Source of the DNA: Phoronis australis
Lineage: Eukaryota; Animalia; Phoronida
Length of the DNA stretch: 64,000 nt
Direction of reading: 5' to 3'
Assembly (NCBI GenBank): GCA_002633005.1
Contig: NMRA01000034.1
Coordinates: 891,766-955,765 of the forward strand
Below, one piece after another: positions 1 to 12,194 of this stretch. Numbering within the stretch: position 1 is the stretch's first letter; every line of letters starts with the position of its first letter. The translations under genes were made by a program, and so were the position numbers. The notes under the pieces were generated by a model that did not search any database, was not told where the DNA came from, and was given only the letters and a program-made list of their open reading frames with translations.

Positions 1-227
1 TTTGGGTGGTTCTGTAACTAAAAACTAGATGGCATTACTGGTCGGTCAATGGGTCAATACCACAACAGTGGTCTCATCCGTATAAATGCTCGATTTGTCA
101 TGGGGCCTATATTCCAAAAAGGCCCCCCACCCCGTTATTATGGACTCGTTCTTCATTAACGCCACAGACTTAATGTCAAGCCTCTCATTTAAACGAAATG
201 AGCATGACTTGAATACAAAACACTCAC

Positions 228-336
228 CTCCCTCACACAGCTTCATAACTACCCACAATTCCTCCTTACAAACAAACGAGGTATAGTACTGTACTACGTT
301 GTCATGGTTACATAGACTCATTGCCTGAATTTCCTT
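228..336 (-). CDS. OXSR1: OSR1/SPAK-family (GCK-VI) Ste20 kinase, coding exon 3; gene continues beyond the left edge of the window
   Basis: Encodes [36 protein letters not shown] (kinase subdomains III-V). Acceptor cag at 339-337, donor gtgagt from 227; 109 bp, phase 0 to 1. Confidence 0.92.
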
Positions 337-1208
337 CTGCAATCAAAGAATATTGTGATCTTTAAATAAACAACATATTTGGCAAAGGGGACATTTCAAC
401 CGTGCTTAAAACTTAACTTCAATTAAATCCAAGACGTTCAAAACTTCTTTACAGGTTTATAACAACCTTAAAAGTTCAGAGAGTCTCTTCACAAAATAAA
501 TTATTTTGATGTGGATATACATGAGGGGGTTACCCAAACAGCAATAATCAATCAAAGCAGTCACTTTTCCCTTTTTTTTTTTAAAGCTGCACTTCACCCA
601 CTTTAGCTGGTTAATAATGAAAAGTGACAGTTCAAGCCAGAAGTATTCAGACAATACGACCAGGAATTCCCCCATCAACGTGGCTGTGCAGAAGCCAAAC
701 TCATGGTCAGAGTAGTCTTCTCTCTCATGACTGAGAATGAAGGGGAATTATTAGGAAAGTTAGAAAGGTGGTTAAGCCATTCTGTAATTAGACTTTTGTC
801 ACCCTAATCATTATTGCCAGTAAATTTTGTTGTTACAGAATTAACCATCATGAGGGTAAAGCAATAACTTGTCCCCAATTCTCACACTTTAGAATCCTAT
901 CACAGTTAGAAATACAATAAACACAGTCCATGGTGCTCTATCATATTGAAAGCAATACCTGGGAAGCCAGGAAGATGGGTACCCCAAATGATGACAAATC
1001 CTACCTAAGGCAATGGCGCTTTTGCCGACTAGTTGCCACTGCACTTGTTCATACAACTGACTGTTACCACAAAGTCAACACATGCACTAGAGAAAAGTAC
1101 CCACTAACACTCCTGAGGGAGTCCATCTCTCATGACACAATCGAAATTGTGGTATAGCTGAAATTATAATATAATGCGTCGACCATTTTAACTTTGTGTC
1201 AAACTTAC

Positions 1209-1321
1209 CAACAACTCTTCAACGGTTGTGTTACACTTGTCCAAGTTGATACGTTTGATAGCACACGCCTCATTCCTCGGCAGACACACAGCTGGCTGAA
1301 CCACAGCTGTGGCCCCGCAAC
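1209..1321 (-). CDS. OXSR1: OSR1/SPAK-family kinase, coding exon 2
   Basis: Encodes (G)[37 protein letters not shown], with the G-loop remainder and AIK lysine. tag acceptor, gtaagt donor; 113 bp, phase 1 to 0, in frame with the neighbouring exons. Confidence 0.92.
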
Positions 1322-3156
1322 CTATAGAGATATACAAAAAATTGACTTTAGAATAGCCTTACATTATGAATAATTTTGGCTAATCCTGACCCAGACAGTG
1401 AAAAGATAGGGTAAAGAAATCCCAATATCTGAACACCTTGACACGAGTTGGAAGTTTAACTTCGACTCATTTTATCGGCGAACAGCAAATCCGTTACTAT
1501 GACATTTGATTAGCGACTCATGGCTAATTCTATTCTGGCTGATGTACCCATCCAATGGTAGTAAAGCAGGCGAAATTGGGAGTACAGCCTAGTCAGTGCA
1601 CACAAAGGCACTGTCACATCAAGCAAGTGCTCAGTATCACATCGAAAATGAGAAAAAAAAAACAATTGGAAACTGACAGTTCATTATTGCTCAAAACCAG
1701 GTTGCCCTTTCATGTGTTGGGCCTCAAGCGAAAACCAACTGTTTGTCCTTCCCAAGCTTAGAAGTCACTTCTAATCATAATAAGCAGCAAGGTAAGACCA
1801 GTTTTATAATGCATTATGTGTGGTCTAAACTAAAATTTAGTTTTTAGCACAAGAGACATGTGTTTAGCAGTAAACTAGTTCATTTTTCCTAAAAGAATGT
1901 TTGCATTAAATAACATGCGANAAATTAGCGTTTCTAAAATTTTCCTTGTCCGAAAGTCGCGGGGCAAAAATCCGACGTTTATGACATTGTCCGAAGTTCG
2001 AAGATCATTAAAAACAGTTTTTGGACCTTGTACGAATTTCGTGGACTATGAAAAACTCATTTCGGAAATATTAAATCTTGGTCGAAATGGCGGGCCGTCC
2101 GAAAATCACGCGACTTTACCGTATCTGTTCCTCGATCACCAGTGACTGTCACTCACTTGGCTACATAATGAGAAACTGTAACCACAGGTTGCTGGCTACT
2201 AATGTAGGCCTAAGTACTGCAAAATTCGTCAGTCGTCGATAGGTGATTTCCCGAGACTAAACGTATGATCAGACATGGGAAACCTCCGCCAAAAGCCGAG
2301 TGTTCGTTGTGCTTCAACAAAGAGTAGCACATTTTATGTCAAGAACAAACACAAGATACGCCAGTTCTTGCAACTGAATTCTAGGTTAAGTTATAAAATG
2401 AGCTATTAGAACAAGCAAATTACACAAATGGAAGGCTAATGATAGTAACCTCAGTCATGTAAATTGCGGACAAATTCCTTGCTCAAATTCGAAATTATAT
2501 CTTTGACAAGCGAACTAAGTAAGTTAAAGCACAACTGAAATCTGTCATGTTAACTATTGAGCCTCCTTGAATTCAGAGTTTTGTGATTGTTTTGAAAATT
2601 CTGTGTCAATTCACCACTCTCAAGGACAAATAAACATGATGCTTCAGAGGTTTATGCAATACCAGTCTGAGAGAGGTTCACACAGATTTTATTTGGCTTT
2701 GAGACAGCTGGAGTTGGGAGCCTACACTCGGCGAAGTTTTAGTGTCCAACCTTTGTTTCTCATATAATTGTGAATCTTCAGGGAAATTCATCTGCCTGTG
2801 GTGGTACCTAAGCTGTATTTTGATGATTTTCTTCATACAGCTAGCTGGCTGGCTAGGTCACAAAGAGTTTTCTGTTGATACTAGTCCAAAGCAAACAACG
2901 GCTTGTAGTTCAATGGAAACTATTGGCTGCTATAAATAGACCCTAACCTTGATAAGGTAAAATTTACACCATCATTGATTGTGCTGGCTTTAGTTAAGAG
3001 GTTACTTCGCACAAGCTCGGCCTTTTAGCTAATCTAGTTGTGTGGGTACAAATCCCACAAGAACCTCTGACGCAATCCAGCATTTTATCGAAAATGATTT
3101 TGCATGCAATTGCCAACTTATTCAAGCCATATCTTGGTCACATCATGTGACCTATA

Positions 3157-6100
3157 TTTATTATTATTATTAGTTTATTTGATAAAATATATTACTATAA
3201 TAAAAAATACAATTTATTAAATACAAGATAAGAAATATAAAAAATAACTATGTACACTATCTGGATAACACCAGAAAGTTAAAAACTTATTTCCGTGGTG
3301 GTCCATGGACAAATTAAAGAATTGAAGAAGACAAATATTACAAATAAATAATAAAATAAAATTGTGAATAATTATATAACAGGAATGAGAGGAAGCTATA
3401 GGTGAAAATGAGCTGAAAAAGACAGTAGGATGAAGTGACATGACAGATGACAAAATAAATAAATAAATAAATAAATCAAGAGTTATCACCTCTCTCAATA
3501 AGGCTAAATAGATATTGTTTGATTTGTCGTTCAAATAAAAATATTTAAATCTGTAATGTCTCTCAGGAGGCCAGGAAGTGAATTCCACTTAACTATGGTT
3601 GAATTTAAAAAAGTTTTATATCCATGTGATTCGACTCTTGGCTGAATAAAACCATGATTGCACTCCTAGTACTGTGAGAATGGCATGCTTTAAATGCTGA
3701 AAAGCGATCGAGGAGATAACTTAGGGCATTGCCATGAACAATTTTATGAATGAGCTTGAGTTGGCTAACTCAATTTTCAATATTTAGCCACCCCAGAGAC
3801 TGAAAATGATGAAAACTAATGTGAATACGAGGGTGTAAACTGAGTACATATCTAATTAATTTGTGTTGATACACTTGGAACTATTAGTGAAGATAAGTAT
3901 TTAAAATGTAACACCAGCATAATAAACAAAGGAATTATTAATGAATTGCACAGCGTTTTACCAGACCAAAGGTCTTTGCAATCTCAATACCTGTAAATGA
4001 ACTAACAGATTTGGCTGTCTCCTCAAAAGAGCTTGTAATCCATTTGGAGACCAAGATAACCTAAAGAAGAGCATCACTGCCATGATTACAAGTTACATTA
4101 ATATCAACATAGTTTGATTTACTAAAAATAATTGATAGGGTTTTACCAATATGAAGAGATGGTTTGTCATTGATAAACCAACTCCATAGGTTACTGAGTC
4201 CTGAGTAAAAGTCTGCTCAATAACCGAGACGTTCTTATGGGAAAATGTAAGGCAGAATCATCTGCATACAAAACAAGAGCAACGCAGAGCGTTGAAATGC
4301 ACCCACAATTGCACTGTATACGGTATCCTTCCAGGGTTGTTTACTGGTACCATAAAGTGGCCAGTAGAGGGCATATATGTAGTATGTTGTACTTTGCAAA
4401 ATGGAAAGGCATGGTCATTGTCTCCTCAATAGGCTAGGGGCAAAATGTGAGTGATCTTCATAATACAAGCACATCATATACATCAGTTGCTTAAAGCACC
4501 ACAGAAACATAGAATTAAAAACAAATTTACCAACATACGAGATTAGCACAGCATTAGAATGCCAGAAACAAATTTCTACTTGGAACTTTTCCTTCATAGT
4601 CACGAAGTAACACAAAGTATACACCTGAAGACCTATGNACACTTGGAGCTATTAGTGAAGATAAGTATTTAAACTGTAACACCAGCATAATAAACAAAGG
4701 AATTATTAATGAATTGCACAGCGTTTTACCAGACCAAAGGTCTTAGCAATCTCAAAACCTGTAAATAAATTTTAGTCTACAATTTCATTTCTTACTAACA
4801 GATTTGGCTGTCTCCTCAAAAGAGCTTGTAATCCATTTGGAGACCAAGATAACCTAAAGAAGAACATCACTGCCATGGTTACAAGTTACATTAATATCAA
4901 CATAGTTTGATTTACTAAAAATAATTGATAGGGTTTTACCAATATGAAGGGATGGTTTGTCGTTGATAAACCAATTACAAAGGTTATTGAGTTCATGAGT
5001 AAAAGTCTGCTCAAAAACCGAGACGTTCTTATGGGAAAATATAAGGCAGAATCATCTGCATACAGAAAAATACAATCAACTGCAGATTGCATGCCATTAA
5101 CATACAAAAGAAATAACACGGGCCCATGCTCTATTGGTCATTCATCGTAAGAAGATAATACTAAAATAATAAGAGGATAAAAATACAACAAATGTAAAAT
5201 ATGCTTTAGCCAAAGGCTAATATCCAGCATGGTCCTAATCCAAAAGAAGGATAAACTTCGCACGCTTAAAGTGATGAGGAACAAACAAATTTGTAATGGA
5301 TAAATTTACAATGTGACAAAGGTAGAGCCACGGTAACATCACGGCCTATCAAGAAGCGAGAAGGGATGTTGTTAAGACCAATGCTTTTGTTAATCTTTCA
5401 GAAGAGTGCAGACGTCATCAGACTGGTAATAGTGTTAAATATTATATGGTTTGGTTAACCCAGATTTGTTTTGGGAAACACAAATGTTAAAGATCTATTT
5501 TGCATGCTCCTAACTATGCTAATGCATAGCAGGAGCTAAACGACAATGCTATTTGAACATGATCTACGCTAAACAAAGTGCAGTTGTGTTCATTTACAAC
5601 TTGTAAATGTGAAAATAAAAAAATTTGCAAATAAGTGACACTTGCACTAATGACGTACCTTGGGGGCTCACATAGTTTTATTCCCCAACACCACATCACG
5701 ATACTTGCTGGACACGGTTGAGTGATTTACGGCGGATCATTTTCGACACAAAACTTGTTTTAAAAAACATTTGGCTATTTTCAATCATGTACTTCATAAT
5801 TCACATCGTCACTATATCCAACTACTTTGACCAAGGAATCACAGAGATAAGGAATAAATGTGGAAGTTCCACTTTAATATCACCAAGTAAAATGACCTCC
5901 TGGTTGGCTTCAATCAGTGAAAGGTGGATTAAAAATTTGTTGTTAGATGGTGGTCCATTATAAAAGGCTTGGGTTTTTGCAGGTGGATCTCGATAAAGAT
6001 GGCTTCTGCATTAGACTGGAGATCAGGATGGATATTATAGATTAAATCATTTCTCATGTACAAACATCCTCCATGTCTTGAGCAATCTTTGATTTTGCAA

Positions 6101-6250
6101 TCGGCCAAATCACAATCAAGGTCCATATTCAGTGGCCACTTTTGGTGAAAATGAAGGTTGTCATATAACTGTAAAAGCTGGTTATTTTCAAATACCATCA
6201 TTCCAGTAACAACTTTTTCAAAAACTTTATTGATGCTATTTGCCAAGTTT
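3157..6250 (-). mobile_element. Decayed non-LTR retrotransposon (CR1/L2-group LINE) in kinase intron 1
   Basis: APE-like fragment (SRHGGCLYMRNDL...EAIFIEIHLQKPKPFI, ~5950-6090), RT fragment LFLLYVN...LYADDSAL (~5040-5120), C-terminal WNSLP-type motif (~3575-3590), and a (TAA)n-like tail at ~3157-3175. Many stops and frameshifts. Confidence 0.7.
4272..4637 (-). mobile_element. 3' end of a HINE/Helentron-type element, same family as 30379-31917, cut off at a single-N junction
   Basis: Near-identical to 30379-30743. Starts with aacaagagcaacgcagagcgttgaaatgc (terminal hairpin plus subTIR) and stops at the N at 4638. Confidence 0.75.
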
Positions 6251-6290
6251 ACAATACATGCACCAGTTGGTCAAAATCGTTAAAGCAATG

Positions 6291-8116
6291 CTAGGCCCCG
6301 TGTTCCACTTGTAAACAGTAAAAAATGGTACTGGTTGGGGGGGGGGTACGTACACTACGTACAGTCAATCAACGTCAAATTTTGACTAAGTTACAAATGT
6401 ATGGGATGGTCTCGAGTTTTGTGCTGCCTCTACTTGTTGGTTTGTTGCAAGTTGAAGTTGTCTTGAGAGATAGAGAACCTGGCTCTGCAACATCAGTTGT
6501 CACATGACGTGTCTTCTAGGATTTTCAGTACTAGCCAAGTCCTGTGTGGCATTTTATTGTCCACAAATTTGATAATATCCATCGGTTTTTTTTGCCAGAC
6601 TGTATTCATTTTGGAAATATCAGTACTGTTCATGAGAACAGCAGCTGTATGTAAAAATTCTTGTGGGCAATACTTTATAGCACAGAGGTTGAAAGTACGT
6701 ACACTACATTTCAATGACTTTTCAGATTTATAAAAAATGATTAAAATCTACTGAGAGTTAGTTCATTTACCAATATTCAAAGAGAACAAATAAAAAGTAC
6801 AACATGCAGTCATGTGCATATCTGTCTGTCATTCTTTGAAAACAGGCACATGTTAAAATATAGGGGTACGTACACTACATAAATGCTAATATTTCACTCA
6901 AAACAAATGTATTTGTAATTAACACCCTTTTAACCTAGCATTTTTAATGGAGGAAGCTGTCTGTTACAAGTGTTGTTTACTTTCCGTGTAATATTTTTGT
7001 TTCGTGGAATTTATTCACATGGGGGTACGTACACTACACAGGGGTACGTACACTACATTTCAACGACATGTCAGGTTTGTAACTAAATACTAAGAATCTA
7101 CTGAGAGTTAGTTGATTTACTCAATCAATTCAAAGAGAAAAAGTAAAAAGCACAGCATTCATGTGCATATCTGCCATACTTTGAAAATAGGCACAAATTA
7201 AAATATGGGGGTACGTACACTGCACAAATGCTAATATTTCACTCAAAACAAATGTATTGGAAATAAACACTCTTTAAACTTAACATTTTTAAGGAAGGAA
7301 ACTGTCTATGACCACTGTTGCTCACTTACCAAGTGATATTTTAATTCCATGGCATTTGTAAACATGGGGGTACGTACACTACAAAAGGGGGTACGTACAC
7401 TTCATCACTGTTTCTGCATCACATGGTAACATAATGTTGTATAGCCATTTATTTTTCTTTGGTGATAATAAGCACCATGTTGTTATTTAAAAGGCAATAA
7501 TTTCATTTGCAATGACCATTTGTATTTCTGAATTCCACCTGGGGGTACGTACACTACATTTTGTTAGCCTTTTTGGCCCATTTTCAACAGCAGAACCCAT
7601 TCAATATCCAAACTTTGGGTATGTTTAGATATTGAATAATTTGCTATGTTGCCTAGGCTGACATATTTTGCAGTTCTTTTCGTTACAGAGTGTGAACTTT
7701 AGTTTTTAACCTTCTTTACAGTAGGTGAGGGTTAGAAACACAGAATTTACAAATTTCCTAACGAGTGCCTGTTTTATGATGAACCCTGCCATTTCTCAAT
7801 GATTAAGCACAACTTCATCTAATTGACTCTGAAAGTGACTCAAGTTATTCCCAGACATATCTAAACAATTGATTGCTTGATAAAATAAATTTCTTTTCTA
7901 CTCTTGACAGTTGAAAACTGTTATTTTTAAAAAGACCACTCGTAACACTAAAAATGCATGAAATTCATAGACAAAAACATGCATAAATTTCTCAAACATT
8001 GTCCGATTTTGATGAATCTTTTTTTAATTTGCACATCTAAATAACTCTTTGCATAATGAGATTCAGTTGGCATCTGGTAAGTGACCAAAAAAATCAACTC
8101 TTGAATATGGACCTTG
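6291..8116. mobile_element. Non-autonomous DNA-transposon-like element with internal GGGGTACGTACACTAC repeats
   Basis: Motif (g)gggtacgtacactac recurs at about 6343, 6695, 6863, 7021, 7041, 7207, 7367, 7387 and 7541, with an internal ~345-bp tandem duplication (~6695-7040 / 7041-7385). Ends are imperfect inverted repeats (ctaggccccgtgttcca / ttgaatatggaccttg). Confidence 0.5.
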
Positions 8117-8689
8117 ATTGTGATTTAGCCGAAATGCTAGTAGTCAATGAAGATATCGCTGTCCGTAAGTGAATCATCAAGCCATGTCTCAGACCTTGCA
8201 ACACAAGCAGTTGTATACTGCTTGCAGAACAATTGTATCTCAGTCAATTTGGGTAGAAGAGAGCGGGTATTTAGATGGGCCTTTTTTTCTTAAAAGGAAT
8301 AAATGGGTCGGCAGACACATCACTATCAGGCTCAGCATGACTGGACTTCTAAAACGCAAGATGACCGCCCCCATTGAGTAAAATGTGATTATTCCGCCAC
8401 ACAGAAACTCCAATGAAGAGTCCAATATACTGCAAAAACAACCGCTGAAGTGTATGAAGCTCCTATAAGGGGTTTCACGGTTTCTACTGGGGCCAGCTAG
8501 AGACGGTGATCCCTGTCTATGAGTTAGTCGTCCTGCTAGCGCTATTGTCAAGATATAACTCAGAACCACTGCGTGTTACAAAGACGGTAGACCTCAAAAT
8601 TTCACAGAGACCCCACCCCGGTAGTTCTGCTCCTCACTTCATGTCGTGGTGAAACTCATATGAAAAAGAAGAGCTAACAACCGGCAGGC

Positions 8690-9618
8690 TAGGCATTGAC
8701 CATCGCCTCTGTTGGCCCGAAGCAGAGGCGATGCAGAGGTTATAGGCGCTCTGTACGCCAGAAGCTTTTCGGCGAATTATGCCTCGCACCGACTAAACCA
8801 TCAAAGTCACGTTGTTATAAATACCTTTTGCGCATAGAGGAACACCTTAGGAGGTTGTCGATGTGTTTAATTCCTTCCAACTCGAACAAATACTCCCATT
8901 ATGAAACTTTTTCTTCGAGCAGTCCCTATTTCAGTTCCCAAAATCGTGAAATCAACTTTTTCATTTTTTTAACCAGGCCGAAGGTCAGAAGTTGTGGACC
9001 TACCGGCGAACTTTGAAAGCTGAAGTTCCCGCCCTTCGCGTACGTGCTGCCGGGAACCAGCCGTGCATTTGCCGTGTTGTTAAACATTAAAATGTCAAAT
9101 ATGTGCAAAAAGACTATTAAATGTCATATCAACAGCATTTGGTTTTATCAAATACAAACAATGATTCATTGAAATACAATCAGTTTCAAGTAACACCAAT
9201 TAAAGACAAGTATAAGTGGTGGCATTTTGGAAACGAACATTTGACTGACAAGACCGCAATGGCTCACCTTTGGCCTATTTAAAGATTGAGGTCATGAATT
9301 CACATCACCTAGCGAGCGCGGTATGAATTGGAGCGTGCGCAGTATAAAAATGGTGAGTTCACGATTTTGGGAACTGAAATAGGGACTGCTCGAAGAAAAA
9401 GTTTCATAACGGGAGTATTTGTTCGAGTTGGAAGGAATTAAACACATCGACAACCTCCTAAGGTGTTCCTCTATGCGCAAAAGGTATTTATAACAACGTG
9501 ACTTTGATGGTTTAGTCGGTGCGAGGCATAATTCGCCGAAAAGCTTCCGGCGTACAGAGCGCCTATAGCCTCTGCATCGCCTCTGCTTCGGGCCAACAGA
9601 GGCGATGGTCATTGCCTA
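8690..9618. mobile_element. Non-autonomous DNA transposon with ~260-bp TIRs, TAG...CTA ends and a 9-bp TSD (AcademH- or Mutator-like)
   Basis: Arms 8690-8950 and 9358-9618 are near-perfect inverted repeats; the direct repeat ccggcaggc flanks them at 8681-8689 and 9619-9627. Confidence 0.85.
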
Positions 9619-9762
9619 CCGGCAGGCGTGCATTTTATGACATCTTTCGTGAGTGTGTGTGCGTAGTGTCGACAGGTAGGGACTCGCCGAGAATTTCGTT
9701 GGGTATATGTTATTTACTAGTAAGCATATTTGGAACGATGAACACTCATGTCAATTGCTTAC

Positions 9763-9820
9763 CGATAACATCTTTCAACTCATAATCTTCACGTTGATTT
9801 GGCCAAGCAGCTTCCGCCAT
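9763..9820 (-). CDS. OXSR1: OSR1/SPAK-family kinase, coding exon 1
   Basis: ATG at 9820 in aagATGGCGG context; encodes MAEAAWPNQREDYELKDVI(G), matching the family WxxxxxDYELxxVIG start; gtaagc donor, phase 1. Confidence 0.88.
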
Positions 9821-9918
9821 CTTTCAATTGCGAAAACGTACTGAAGAGGTCGCTTTCAATTTCCTATGCAGCAGCCATACAACGTACAAGTACCGCACTC
9901 GAAATCAGACTATATTAT

Positions 9919-9947
9919 CAAGGAGTGTAATACTACTACACTCCTTG
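9919..9947. mobile_element. 29-bp palindromic micro-element with CAAGG...CCTTG ends and a 7-bp TSD (P-element-like)
   Basis: caaggagtgta-atactac-tacactccttg, flanked by atattat at 9912-9918 and 9948-9954; about 100 bp upstream of the kinase ATG. Confidence 0.6.
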
Positions 9948-10058
9948 ATATTATCATACTGAGGGTACCCCGGCAGCCTAAACTCAAGCACGGCGGTGGT
10001 GAATAACCGCACCTTCGAGAAATATTTTTTGGAATGCAGGTGCAGTGTTTCGGCACCC

Positions 10059-11135
10059 CATGTGGAGAATTTCCCGCTTAACTCTGGTCATCGTTCAGAT
10101 TCCCTTAGCCAAATAGATAGCTTTTATGATGCCTAATCAGCTCGCCCTTTGTGTTGTTGTAGAAGTGAGCTAATGAAGTGGAAAGGTAATAGCTCGCACT
10201 ACCATCTCAAAAATGATGGTTGTTATTCACACCCAAATTGGTTTTCTCTGGCATTTGCACAGAGTTACAGCCTGTGCAACTGTGGAGAGTAATTTTAACT
10301 TGGTAGTCCTACATTTTAAATATTACAAAATGACTATAAAAGTTAATTTGCGTTTATCTTGACAAAGGGCCTCTTCTCAAAGGAACGAAGATTTTATTGA
10401 ATGTGTTTCATACCGGTTTTCGTTATTTCATTTTTAACTTGTCTTTTTTTCTTACCGGGGGAGCGGGTTGATATCTTTTTATTGTATTTTTAAACTTGAA
10501 ATACCAAAACAGTGGTAGATTTTGATCGCCAGCGAAACTTAATTAGGTAAGTTAATTGTGAACCCATCCCTGAACGTTCCAGATTACACGGGCAGCTACA
10601 CGTAAGATTTCACTGGCAACGAACAAAACCTCACGTGGTGTCATTGGCTCAAGTTTAAACTTTATTAGAACTCAAATCAAGAAATATATATACAGAAAAG
10701 TGCAAATGAATATAACCAAACTGAAGATTTGGAATCTCAGGACAATTTCGGTTGCACTGACTACGTACCGGTAACTATTCTAGCTTTTTGTCAGTCAGTC
10801 ATAAAAATGGAGAGTGGGCACAAATTAGGTACAGCTGTTTCCTTGTAAAAATCTGGTTAAACGAAAGAATATAGAAAGAATAATCCATGTGATATTGCTA
10901 ACTCTGAGCAACGTTTGTAAATCCACCGAGCGTATCAATGCGCACGGTCGGTTATCTTCAATCGTAACCAATGTTTCTAGTTTTTAGCTTAGTTACTTCA
11001 CCAATTTAAAAATCGAAAACCTAACTTAGTTGGTGTTCGTTTTTAACGAAAAATATTGGTTAATGTATTTTGAACATTCGCCATTATGTACAGGAAAAGA
11101 TGCTTCCTTGTAAGCATATTATTCACGGTATGCGG
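10059..11135. repeat. Dispersed ~1.1-kb repeat, copy 1 (copy 2 at ~55278-56470)
   Basis: Colinear similarity from catgtggagaatttc to tattattcacggtatg in both copies, same orientation, moderately diverged. Confidence 0.8.
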
Positions 11136-11936
11136 GTTTCCGCTGCGGGGTCGGGAGGCGGACTAGCTCATGTATGGCAAACTAATTTGCGAATTTGATT
11201 TTGTCAAAATTTGGCTATGGATGCCACCAATAGGATCCACAAGGATTGGGGCCCATTAACTATTAATTAAAAGCTATTTTAAAAAGGAAATGACCATCAA
11301 TGAGGCTACCATCAGGGCCCCTCTGGTCTGGAGCCAACCATGTGCCGCCCAGCTCCCTCTACAGTTTAAAGGGATAGTGACAATTTCAAGGACTTCGGAA
11401 AACGGTGCCTCTATTATCCCTTGGTAGAGACGTGTCCTTGGAAAAATGCAATCGGTCTTTATGAACATCCGGAGATTTTACGTACGTAGGATTTAGTAAC
11501 ATTCAGTGTGCAACAAGAATTTTATGTCTGCGAAACATTGATCAAAGTGCAGAGTGTTTTATGTAACGAAAACGGATTAGAATGCGCTCAACATTGAGCC
11601 TGGGGCTTAAAATGGTGTCTCTCATTGTCCTCTTCATTTTGGCTAGACTGTGTTGGGCTTTGCAGAGGTATTGACGAAGTCATTTCCCACGGCCACGCTT
11701 TCTGAATGTCGACTTTATTATTTTAATGCCTTCTGATTGACAACATTTGGTATATCCGTTGTAGGTAGCATAAATTCGCGTGCGCTCCCTAGGAGACCTC
11801 TGGGACTTCTGCTGCTATGGATGGATGTTGTATGAGGAGAACTTTCACACTGGAGTGTTTGAAACCTTCCACATTAATGTCTTTCATGCTCTCTGGTTTG
11901 TTAGTATCACTTTTGGAGCCGTTGGTGTGTTCTGTA

Positions 11937-12194
11937 CATTTGCGTACCCAGGGGGGCGGGGCTCGGGGGGCTAGAACGAGCACCCCCATTTGGCGAAGTG
12001 TGCAAAAAGGTCAGCCACAGAGAAACAAAAAGTCCCAGAAAACGAGCCAAAGTCCACCAAAACGGCGCAGACGCACAGTTCACAGCTGTGAAGGTGGTAC
12101 CACATTTTTTAGTCCTGTCGCATTTTGTGTAAGCAAAAGGTCCACATCGTCAGGAATTCGAGCTCCCCCATATTAAAGGCTGGGTGCGCGCATG
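11937..12194. mobile_element. MITE with CAT...ATG ends and 5-bp TSD
   Basis: Ends catttgcgtacccag / ctgggtgcgcgcatg; TSD ctgta at 11932-11936 and 12195-12199. Confidence 0.65.

Noticed and set aside
6340-7560. Repeated 16-mer read as a CRISPR-like array
   Set aside because: Eukaryotic context, spacers of 4-350 bp that are homologous to each other, and no cas genes.
8696-9612. Two near-identical 106-aa ORFs on opposite strands
   Set aside because: They are translations of the two TIR arms, with non-ATG starts and no protein motif.
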